DNA of 64,000 nucleotides from Gemmatimonadaceae bacterium (GTDB lineage Bacteria; Gemmatimonadota; Gemmatimonadetes; Gemmatimonadales; Gemmatimonadaceae), in NCBI GenBank assembly GCA_051859245.1, contig JBHYGA010000004.1:96001-160000 (forward strand), written 5' to 3'. Of this stretch, positions 55,086 to 63,109 are shown piece by piece (position 1 is the first letter of the stretch; each line of letters begins with the position of its first letter). A program made the position numbers and the translations under genes. The notes beneath the pieces were generated by a model. The model made no database searches. It had not been told where the DNA came from and was given only the letters and a program-made list of their open reading frames with translations.

Positions 55086-56687
55086 ATGCTCCGCGTCCTG
55101 GTCACTGATGACATCGACGCGGAAGGCGTCGCGCTGTTAGCTGCTGAACCGCTGTTGCAGGTTGATGAAGTGGCGACACTCCCGGTTGCGGAACTCCACG
55201 CGCGCATCGGCGACTACGATGCGATCGTGGGTCGCAGCGCCACGCGCATCACGCGTGAGCTGCTTGAGCGCGCACCTAAACTGCGAGTGGTTGGACGGGC
55301 CGGCGTTGGCGTGGACAACATCGCGATTGATGTTGCCACCGCACTCGGCATTGCGGTCATCAATGCACCAGCTGGCAACACCGTGGCCGTCGCTGAACTG
55401 GTGTTTGGTGCGCTCATTGGATTGCTGCGCCAGATCCCGCGCGCCGCTACCGGCATGGCCGATGGCAAGTGGGAACGCGCCGACTTGCTCGGCCGCGAGC
55501 TCAAAGGCAAAACACTCGGCATTGTAGGACTCGGTCGCATTGGCAGCGAAGTCGCGCTGCGTGCGCACGCTTTTGGCATGCCTGTCATTGCCTACGATCC
55601 GTATATCGGCGACGAACGCTTCACCACCCTGCGCGTGCAACGCGCGGCCACGCTCGACGAGTTGATCGGCGAAGCAAATATTGTCACGGTACACACGCCG
55701 CTCACCGAAGAAACCCGCGGCATGATCGGCAAAAAGCAGCTCGATCATTTGCAACCGCGGTCGGTAGTGGTAAACATGGCGCGCGGGGGAATTATTGACG
55801 AAGACGCGCTCGTGGCGGCGCTCCACGCGAATCAGTTGCGTGGCGCCATCATCGATGTGTTCACGAGCGAGCCGCTGGCCAAGGATCATCCACTCCGCAC
55901 CGCGCCGAACACGCTGCTCACGCCGCACCTCGGTGCGAACTCCATCGAAGCGCAGCGCAACGTTGCGAAAGACGTCTGCCTCGGAGTGCGTGACGCATTG
56001 CTGCGCCAGGATCTTTCGCGCTCGATCAACGTTGCCGCGTCCGCTGGCGACTGGACCGATCTCGCGCCGGCCATGTTGCTGGTGCGTCGCTGCGCGGCCG
56101 TTGCACGCGCGCTGCTGGCCGATCAGGGCACGCGCGCCATCACGCAGCTCACGGTACGCTGTGGTCCCGCGCTCGCGGGTGGCAGCAGTGCGTTGTTGTC
56201 GTCGGCCGCCGTTGGTGCGCTCGAAGGCGTGCTCGAAACCGATCGTCTGAATCTGATCAACGCGCGCACACTGGCCGATGCGCGCGGCATTTCACTGTCA
56301 GTGGGCGTATCGGCGGAGCTCGGACATCCGCGCGCGGTGGAAGTATCGCTTGGCGGTGGCATGCAACAACTCACCGTGGCCGGCATTGCCACGCCCGATT
56401 CGCTGCGCCTGACACGCATTGGTGCGTTCCATGTAGACGTGAACCCGAGGCAAACGTTGATCGTGCTCACGAACCACGACGTGCCGGGTGTCATCGGTCG
56501 CGTGGGTACCGTGCTCGGCGAAGCGAAGGTCAACATTGCCGAGTACCACCAGGCGCGACTCGCACAGGGTGGTGATGCACTCGCGGCGATTACGGTAGAC
56601 GGAACGGTAGATGACTCCACGAAGCAGGCGTTGCTGGCGCTGCCCGATGTGCGTTCGGCCTCGATCGTGCAGTTGCGGGACAAGTGA
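55086..56687 (+). CDS. serA: D-3-phosphoglycerate dehydrogenase (long type with ASB and ACT domains)
   Basis: GRAGVGVDNI, NAPAGNTVAVAE, GLGRIG, NMARGG, TPHLGANSIEAQ, ACT NHDVPGVIGRVGTVLG..VNIA. Confidence 0.95.
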   Translation: MLRVLVTDDIDAEGVALLAAEPLLQVDEVATLPVAELHARIGDYDAIVGRSATRITRELLERAPKLRVVGRAGVGVDNIAIDVATALGIAVINAPAGNTVAVAELVFGALIGLLRQIPRAATGMADGKWERADLLGRELKGKTLGIVGLGRIGSEVALRAHAFGMPVIAYDPYIGDERFTTLRVQRAATLDELIGEANIVTVHTPLTEETRGMIGKKQLDHLQPRSVVVNMARGGIIDEDALVAALHANQLRGAIIDVFTSEPLAKDHPLRTAPNTLLTPHLGANSIEAQRNVAKDVCLGVRDALLRQDLSRSINVAASAGDWTDLAPAMLLVRRCAAVARALLADQGTRAITQLTVRCGPALAGGSSALLSSAAVGALEGVLETDRLNLINARTLADARGISLSVGVSAELGHPRAVEVSLGGGMQQLTVAGIATPDSLRLTRIGAFHVDVNPRQTLIVLTNHDVPGVIGRVGTVLGEAKVNIAEYHQARLAQGGDALAAITVDGTVDDSTKQALLALPDVRSASIVQLRDK

Positions 56688-56715
56688 AGAACTTCACGCG
56701 GCTTTTGCGCGAGTC

Positions 56716-58152
56716 GTGAGCGGAGTATCCTTCGCGCACGATGCGCTGACGACCGACATTGATGTGCGTCGAGCCTACGCTCGCGACGTCTCTGGGTTGG
56801 AGCTTGTGGCTGATGCCATCGCACGTCCGCGCTCAGTGGCTGAGGTTGCCGATGTGCTCGCAGCCGCGCATGCCTCGCGCACGTGTGTTACGCCCGCCGG
56901 ACTCCAGTCGAGCACCACCGGTGCGTCGATCACCGATCATGGCGTACTGCTTTCGCTCAGCGCGCTCAACCGTGTGTTGGATGTTGACCCGGTGTCTCGC
57001 ATGATTCGCGTAGAAGCGGGTGCGCGCGTGGCCGATGTACGTCGAGCCGCCGAGCATGCGGGACTGTTGTTTACGCCCGATCCCACGAGTGAAGAAGAGA
57101 GCACGATCGGCGGCGCGATTGCGTGCAACGCCAGCGGGGCGCGCTCGTTTCGTTATGGCGCCACACGCGCGCATGTTCGTGCACTCACCGTGTTGCTCGC
57201 GAATGGGGAACGAATGGACGTGCGCAGACCTGCGCTCGAAAAAAACACCGTGGGTTTTCCCATGGCGCACGATCCGGTGGACTGGTTTGTTGGCAGCGAA
57301 GGAACGCTCGGCGTGGTGGTCGAAGCCGAACTGGGTTTGCTGCCGTTGCCGGAGCGTGTGGTGGGACTCGCGATACCCTTTGCCAGCGAGCACGATGCGT
57401 TGGCGTTTGTTGTCAGCGCACGCGAAGCAGCGTACGGCGGCGGCCATGCGAGTGACGTACCCGTGCACTCGGCCGCTGTGGCGCCTCGCTGTCTGGAATA
57501 CTTTGACGGCCGTGCGGTAGAACTCGTGCGGGCGCACGATACACAGGTACCCTGGAGCCACCACGTTGGCGCGATTGTGTACACGGAAGACGCCGGCGAC
57601 CACGCGCACGATACCGACGCCGCACTTGATGGCTGGTTGGCGCTCGGCGAGGCGCACAACGCGCTGACCGGTGATATTCGCGTGTATGACGGCGAGGCGG
57701 CGCTGGCCGATGCGCGCCGGCTTCGGCATGCCGTACCGAGCACCATGAACGAACGCGGCGCGCGCTATCGTGCGGATGGCGGACGCAAGGTGTCGACAGA
57801 CTGGGCGGTGCCGTATCGTGCGCTCGCCGGTGCCCTGGACATGGCGCATGCGCTGGCAGATGCCGCGGGCATTGAGCGGTCGGTCACTTATGGACACGCT
57901 GGCAACGGGCACCCGCACCAGAACTTCATTGCGCGAAATGCCGAGGAGCTCGCGCAACTTGAGCGTGTGCTGTACGACACACTCACGCGCGTGGTGCAGA
58001 TGGGCGGCACGGTCGCGGCGGAGCACGGCATTGGCAAGCTCAAGCGCAAGTGGCTGCCACTGCAGATGTCGCGCGTGCAACAGGATGTGATGCGATCGCT
58101 CAAGCACGCACTCGATCCGCATGGATTGTTGGCGCCGGGGAATGTGTTGTGA
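56716..58152 (+). CDS. FAD-linked 2-hydroxyacid dehydrogenase (GlcD/D2HGDH-like, VAO family)
   Basis: PDPTS, STIGGAIACNASG, GSEGTLGVV, YGHAGNGHPH, AEHGIGKLK, DPHGLLAPG; start uncertain (in-frame GTG 56716). Confidence 0.9.
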   Translation: MSGVSFAHDALTTDIDVRRAYARDVSGLELVADAIARPRSVAEVADVLAAAHASRTCVTPAGLQSSTTGASITDHGVLLSLSALNRVLDVDPVSRMIRVEAGARVADVRRAAEHAGLLFTPDPTSEEESTIGGAIACNASGARSFRYGATRAHVRALTVLLANGERMDVRRPALEKNTVGFPMAHDPVDWFVGSEGTLGVVVEAELGLLPLPERVVGLAIPFASEHDALAFVVSAREAAYGGGHASDVPVHSAAVAPRCLEYFDGRAVELVRAHDTQVPWSHHVGAIVYTEDAGDHAHDTDAALDGWLALGEAHNALTGDIRVYDGEAALADARRLRHAVPSTMNERGARYRADGGRKVSTDWAVPYRALAGALDMAHALADAAGIERSVTYGHAGNGHPHQNFIARNAEELAQLERVLYDTLTRVVQMGGTVAAEHGIGKLKRKWLPLQMSRVQQDVMRSLKHALDPHGLLAPGNVL

Positions 58153-58177
58153 GGAACAGTGCGCCGTGGGCGAACAC

Positions 58178-58858
58178 ATGAGTGGCAACACGACGGCTCG
58201 GCCGGCCTTTGCGAGTGTCGTGTTTGACGCGGATTCGACGCTGGCGGCCATCGAGGGCATTGACTGGCTTGGTGCGCGCCGTGACGCTGCGGTTTCCGCG
58301 CAGATCGTTGAACTCACCAATCGGGCCATGGACGGCCACGTACCACTCGATCAGGTGTATGCCAATCGCGTGGCGCTCATTCAACCAACGCGTGATGAGC
58401 TTCGGCTGTTGGGTGAAGCGTACATTGCACATGTTGTTCCCGGTATGGCGTCACTCGTTAGAGAGCTGCACGCGTTGGGTGTGCGCACCGCAATCGTGAG
58501 CGGTGGCATTCGTGACGCGTTGCTTCCGCTCGCCGCGCATCTCGGTGTCGCGCACGACAGCGTGCACGCGGTCGATCTCACGTCGTCTGCGAACAATGAT
58601 CTGCTGGATGCGTTGCTCGGCGAGCAACCGTTGGCTACGCAGCGGGGCAAGGTGCAGGTTGTAGAGCAGCTGTTGCGAAACGGCACGATCGTCCCGCCGG
58701 TCGCGATGATCGGTGACGGTGCCACCGATGCGGCGGTTCGTGAAGTTGTGGCAACGTTTATTGCATTTACCGGCGTGGTTCGGCGCGCGAGTGTTGTAGG
58801 CGTGGCCGATCATGAGGCCGTTGATATCAACGCACTACGATCGCTACTGCTCACATGA
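58178..58858 (+). CDS. serB: HAD-IB phosphoserine phosphatase
   Basis: FDADSTL..IEGID, LTNRAMDG, IVSGG, GK, IGDGATD; located in the serA operon. Confidence 0.85.
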   Translation: MSGNTTARPAFASVVFDADSTLAAIEGIDWLGARRDAAVSAQIVELTNRAMDGHVPLDQVYANRVALIQPTRDELRLLGEAYIAHVVPGMASLVRELHALGVRTAIVSGGIRDALLPLAAHLGVAHDSVHAVDLTSSANNDLLDALLGEQPLATQRGKVQVVEQLLRNGTIVPPVAMIGDGATDAAVREVVATFIAFTGVVRRASVVGVADHEAVDINALRSLLLT

Positions 58859-59955
58859 CCTTCGGACACTTTTTTCTACCTGGCCCAACGGATGTGCGCG
58901 CGGCAGTGCTCGCCGCGCAATCGGGACCAATGCTGCCGCATCGCGGCGCCGAGTTTGAAGCGCTGTTCGCAAACATTCAGCGTGGGCTCAAGTTGGTGTT
59001 GCGAACCGCGCGTCCGGTTTACGTATCAACGTCATCGGCGACGGGATTAATGGAAGCGGCCGTGCGTTGCGCGAAGCCGGGCCCGATTCTCTCGCTGGTG
59101 AATGGTGCATTCGCCGAGCGCTTTGCAGATGTCGCGCGCTCGTGCGGTCGTGACGTGACCGTACTTGAAGCGAAGTGGGGCGATATCGTGCCACTCGAAC
59201 AGGTCGAGGCGGCGCTGCGCGGTGGTTCGTTTGCCGCGGTTACGGTGGTGCACAGTGAAACGAGTACTGGTGCGCTCACGCCGCTGCCAGAGTTGGCGGC
59301 GCTGTGCAGCCGCTACGGTGCGCTGTCACTGGTGGACTCTGTCACGGGCGTCGCCGGCGCACCGATTGAGACCGACGACTGGGCGCTTGATTTCATTTTT
59401 ACCGGCTCGCAGAAAGCACTGGCGTTACCGCCTGGTCTCGCGTTCGGCGTGGCGAGCGAGTGTTATCTCGCCACCGCGCACGAATCACCAAACCGCGGTC
59501 GCTACTTCGATGTGTTGGAGTTTGAGCAGTACGTGCACAAAAATCAGACGCCCAATACGCCCGCGACGTCGCTACTCTACGCAACCGCAACGCAGCTGGA
59601 GGCGATTGCGCACGAAACGATGGTGGCGCGCTGGCAGCGTCATGCTGACATGGCGGCGTACACCAACGCGTGGCTGGAGGAAACGCGCGACGCGCTCGGT
59701 GTCGCGCTGTGCACGCAGGCCCGCGAAGGAGAACGGTCACCAACGGTCACGTGTGTCGCGTTGCCGCCTGCCATTCGTGGCGAGGATGTCGTGCGCGAAA
59801 CCGCTGCGCGCGGTTTCGTGATTGGCGGTGGCTACGGCAAGCTGAAAGCCTCGGCCTTTCGCATCGGTCATATGGGCGATCACACCGTGTCTGGCCTGAC
59901 CGATTGTCTGCATGCGGTGCGCGACGCATTGTCTCTACTGAGTACACGGAGCTGA
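58855..59955 (+). CDS. Class V PLP aminotransferase (serine-pyruvate/alanine-glyoxylate type; probable SerC substitute)
   Basis: FLPGPT, SSATGLMEA, VHSETSTG, VDSVT, GSQKALALPPG, TPNTP, FRIGHMG. Confidence 0.9.
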   Translation: MTFGHFFLPGPTDVRAAVLAAQSGPMLPHRGAEFEALFANIQRGLKLVLRTARPVYVSTSSATGLMEAAVRCAKPGPILSLVNGAFAERFADVARSCGRDVTVLEAKWGDIVPLEQVEAALRGGSFAAVTVVHSETSTGALTPLPELAALCSRYGALSLVDSVTGVAGAPIETDDWALDFIFTGSQKALALPPGLAFGVASECYLATAHESPNRGRYFDVLEFEQYVHKNQTPNTPATSLLYATATQLEAIAHETMVARWQRHADMAAYTNAWLEETRDALGVALCTQAREGERSPTVTCVALPPAIRGEDVVRETAARGFVIGGGYGKLKASAFRIGHMGDHTVSGLTDCLHAVRDALSLLSTRS

Positions 59956-59956
59956 G

Positions 59957-60679
59957 ATGTCTGAGTATCAGGGCAAACTTGTCGTACTCACCGGCGTTGG
60001 TCGCAAAGGTCAGGCCGGTGAAATGATCGCGCGCATGTTCGCGGAACGTGGCGCGGCACTCGCGCTGCTTGATGTCGCGCCTGACGAAGTCAACGCGCGC
60101 GCCGACGATCTGCGCGCCGCTGGTTTTGTGGCCACGGCACACGCCGGTGATCTCAGCAACGCGGATGAAGCCGTGCGCATCGCACAGGCGGTGCTCACCG
60201 CGCACCCGTCCGCGAATGGCGCGGTGCACGCACTCATCAACGCCGCCGGCGGATTTGGGATGACCGGCCCGCTCGACACGAGTGATCCCGCCGGCTGGCG
60301 CAAAATGTTCACCATCAGCGCCGACACCGCGTACTGCGCCACACGCGCCTTTCTGCCGGCGCTCAGAAGCGGCAAGGGTTCAACCGTCTACTTCGCCTCA
60401 ACCGCGTCATTGCCGGGTGGCAAAGCGGGCGGAATGGCCGCCTACGCCGCTGCCAAGAGCGCCGTGGTCACGCTCATGCGCAGCGTGGCGCAAGACGAAC
60501 GCGCACACGGCGTGCGCGCAAACGCAATCGCACCGGTCGCGATTCGTACCGCAGCCAACGTGGCGTCCATGGGCGAGAAGGACAATTACGTGGATCGCGA
60601 GTCCGTGGCCGATGTGCTGCTTTTTCTGTGCAGCAACGCTGCGCGCAACGTGAGTGGGCAGGTGATAGAGTTAGCCTAG
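59957..60679 (+). CDS. Short-chain dehydrogenase/reductase
   Basis: TGVGRKGQAG, INAAGG, YAAAK, VRANAIAP, VSGQVI. Confidence 0.9.
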   Translation: MSEYQGKLVVLTGVGRKGQAGEMIARMFAERGAALALLDVAPDEVNARADDLRAAGFVATAHAGDLSNADEAVRIAQAVLTAHPSANGAVHALINAAGGFGMTGPLDTSDPAGWRKMFTISADTAYCATRAFLPALRSGKGSTVYFASTASLPGGKAGGMAAYAAAKSAVVTLMRSVAQDERAHGVRANAIAPVAIRTAANVASMGEKDNYVDRESVADVLLFLCSNAARNVSGQVIELA

Positions 60680-60690
60680 CGCGTCAGGGA

Positions 60691-61167
60691 CTACGACGGT
60701 TTTACTACCATCACCCACACCGCCACCACCAGCGGTACGGTTGCCACAACACCCCATCGCAGCCAGCGTGTTGCGTCGCGGCGATAGTCGTCAGGAATCT
60801 GCCCCCCGTTCGCAAACGTGCGCGCTGCACGCGCCTGACGAATCTGCGCCGGCAACAACACGAACATCCAGAGTAAAGCGGAGCCCACGAACAACAGTTG
60901 GCCCCACACCAGCCAACTCGTGCTGAACAGCGCGAGACCGCCAACGTACGCCGCACCATAGCCGCCAATCACGATCATCGCGATGCCGCTGGCGGTGAGC
61001 CACCAGTCGGTGAGCGTGACCAGTCGCTGTGCGAAGGCGACGATTCGTGGATCCCGCGTGCGATCCGCCATCACTTTCCACACCGCCGTCGCGATCGCAT
61101 TTCCCAACAGCACGACCACGCCCAGCACGTGCACTGCTTTGCAAGCCGCGTACAACGCAACGTTCAT
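60691..61167 (-). CDS. DUF2269 family membrane protein
   Basis: KAVHVLGVVVLLGN, LTDWWLT, four TM segments, C-terminal WVMVVKP. Confidence 0.85.
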   Translation of the reverse strand: MNVALYAACKAVHVLGVVVLLGNAIATAVWKVMADRTRDPRIVAFAQRLVTLTDWWLTASGIAMIVIGGYGAAYVGGLALFSTSWLVWGQLLFVGSALLWMFVLLPAQIRQARAARTFANGGQIPDDYRRDATRWLRWGVVATVPLVVAVWVMVVKPS

Positions 61168-61275
61168 CGGTGTGGCTCTCCCATCGTGTGGCGACCGGCG
61201 ATTACCTGCTGAAACGTACGACAGAATACCTCGCCCCTCTGGCGCCGTCTCGCTGTCCTCCCCAAATTCGCCCGG

Positions 61276-62139
61276 ATGACTCTTGCCGCGCGTCGGCGAC
61301 CGGCCGTTCGCGGAGTAGTGCTCGATCGCTCCCTCGAGGCCTTGCCGCTATTCCGGCTGAGTGACTCAGCCGACGACTCGCCCGTCGCCTTCACCGCCGA
61401 TAACGGCGGCCGATGGCGTGTAATCGCGGCCCCCGATGATCGCCTGCCAGGCACGTTCGATCAGGACGTGTACGTAGAGATCCTGCACCGCTGGCAGGAA
61501 GCGGGCACCCCGGCCGACGGCGCCGTCTCCTTCACGCTGCACGCGTTTCTACGGTCCATGGGTCGCCGCGCCGACGGACGCACCTACGAGCAGCTCCGCG
61601 GGGCGCTCACGCGCCTCGAACGCACCACGCTCGAGTCCAATGGCGCGTATTGGACCGCCGCGTCAGGCGACAGCCCTGAGATGTCGTTTACGCTGCTCTC
61701 CAGCGTGTCCGTACAGCGTCGACGCGCCGCCGAACGGGAGCAAATGAACCTCTTCGCCAATCTGGCCACTGGCGAGCCCGGAGACGCGCGCGTGGTGCTC
61801 TCACCCACGCTGCGCGCCAATCTGTTTTCGCGCCATGTGGTAGCGCTGTCGCTTTCACGCTACCACGCGCTCTCGTCGCCCGTGGCACGCCGGCTCTACC
61901 GTCTGCTTGAAGTAGCCCGCGCCGAGGGGCGCCTCTCGTGGCGCGTGCCGCTGGAACGGCTGGCGGAGCAGCTACCGCTCTCGCAGCGCTACCCGTCGCA
62001 TTTGCAGCGCGTGCTGCAGCCGGCGCATGAAATGCTACTCTCCGCCGGCCTCGTACGCGATGTCGCCGTGCGGCAGTATGACCGCACGTGGTTCGTGGAC
62101 TACGTGCTGTCGATCCGCCCACGTGAGGATGTAGAGTAG
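61276..62139 (+). CDS. Plasmid-type replication initiator protein (RPA/RepA-like, tandem winged helix)
   Basis: LPLFRLS, LPGTFDQDVY, FTLHAFLRSMGR..DGRTYEQLRGALTRL..TTL, YHALSSPVARRLYRLL resemble RPA-family Rep patterns. Confidence 0.75.
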   Translation: MTLAARRRPAVRGVVLDRSLEALPLFRLSDSADDSPVAFTADNGGRWRVIAAPDDRLPGTFDQDVYVEILHRWQEAGTPADGAVSFTLHAFLRSMGRRADGRTYEQLRGALTRLERTTLESNGAYWTAASGDSPEMSFTLLSSVSVQRRRAAEREQMNLFANLATGEPGDARVVLSPTLRANLFSRHVVALSLSRYHALSSPVARRLYRLLEVARAEGRLSWRVPLERLAEQLPLSQRYPSHLQRVLQPAHEMLLSAGLVRDVAVRQYDRTWFVDYVLSIRPREDVE

Positions 62140-62254
62140 CCCAACCCCTCGCGGGTTTGATTCGGACGGCCATGATTTGGTGACGTCCCGCCACGTGTGC
62201 ACCGCCATCATATCACATCGCAGCTCACTGACACCAACGCCTGCGCCGCTCGCG

Positions 62255-62292
62255 TTGACATGTGAATCACATGCAAGCATGTTTGTCACATG
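62255..62292 (+). promoter_or_regulatory. Sigma-70 promoter with overlapping palindromic operator of the TA operon
   Basis: TTGACA-N17-CATGTT-N6-ATG; palindromes CATGTGA-A-TCACATG and ACATGC-AA-GCATGT. Confidence 0.7.
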
Positions 62293-62520
62293 CCAAAGAT
62301 GATCCAGATTCGACACGTACCCGATGCACTCCATCGGAAACTCAAATTGCGCGCCACCGAGGCCGACATGACCCTCTCCGATTACATCAAGGCTGAGCTC
62401 GAACGCATGGCCGAACGCCCCACGCTCGGCCAGATCGCCGCTCGCCTCGGCGCGCTCGAACCCGTCGAGTCGGATGAGTCTGTCGTACACATGCTGCGCG
62501 AGGCTCGAGAGGAACGGTGA
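62290..62520 (+). CDS. FitA/VapB-like ribbon-helix-helix antitoxin
   Basis: MIQIRHVPDALHRKLKLRA...MTLSDYI; overlaps the toxin start. Confidence 0.88.
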   Translation: MPKMIQIRHVPDALHRKLKLRATEADMTLSDYIKAELERMAERPTLGQIAARLGALEPVESDESVVHMLREAREER

Positions 62521-62945
62521 TTGCACCGGCCGTCGCATTTCCGCGCAGTTCGACCGTGGTGCTCGATGCGTCGGTGGTCGTTGAGCTGCTCCTGAACTCA
62601 GCGGCCGGCAAGAGCGCTATGGCGCGCCTTCTCACTGATCAGGCCGAGCTCCACGCACCTGAACTGCTCGACGTCGAAGTGCTGCACGTCATGCGGCGAC
62701 TTGTCCGAAACGGTGTCATGAGCGAACCGCGCGCTCATCAGGCGATAACGGTGCTTGATGCGCTGCCCCTCACGCGACATGCGCACGGCGCGCTCACGCG
62801 CCGCTGCTGGCAACTGCGCGCCAACCTCTCGGCCTACGATGCCACGTACGTCGTGCTAGCCGAGGGGCTGGGTGCAACGCTGCTCACACGCGATGCCGGC
62901 CTTGCTGGCGCACCCGGAATCGCGGCGCCGATTGCCTTGGTGTAA
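62517..62945 (+). CDS. vapC: PIN-domain toxin
   Basis: VVLDASVVV, APELLDVEV, NLSAYDATYVVLAE, LLTRD. Confidence 0.9.
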   Translation: MIAPAVAFPRSSTVVLDASVVVELLLNSAAGKSAMARLLTDQAELHAPELLDVEVLHVMRRLVRNGVMSEPRAHQAITVLDALPLTRHAHGALTRRCWQLRANLSAYDATYVVLAEGLGATLLTRDAGLAGAPGIAAPIALV

Positions 62946-63109
62946 CGAGCGTCGAGAGACCATCAAGGGACCAAACCGCGGAACTGGCAACATTCGTGGG
63001 GGTCACAACGTCTAATCCCTAAGACCTTGTGCTTTTTCGCAGAGCTCCGCAGGATGCATGGTGATGCACGCGCGCGAGTTCGCGAATTCCCTTCTGTTTT
63101 GAGGCCCGC

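Noticed and set aside
56833..58329. 498-aa minus-strand ORF
   Set aside because: Antisense to the FAD oxidoreductase; no motifs; long shadow ORFs are expected at this GC content.
61168..62250. Iterons or DnaA boxes around the Rep-like gene; boundaries of an integrated element
   Set aside because: No tandem direct repeats, AT-rich unwinding element, att sites, tRNA or integrase visible, so it was not annotated as a mobile element.
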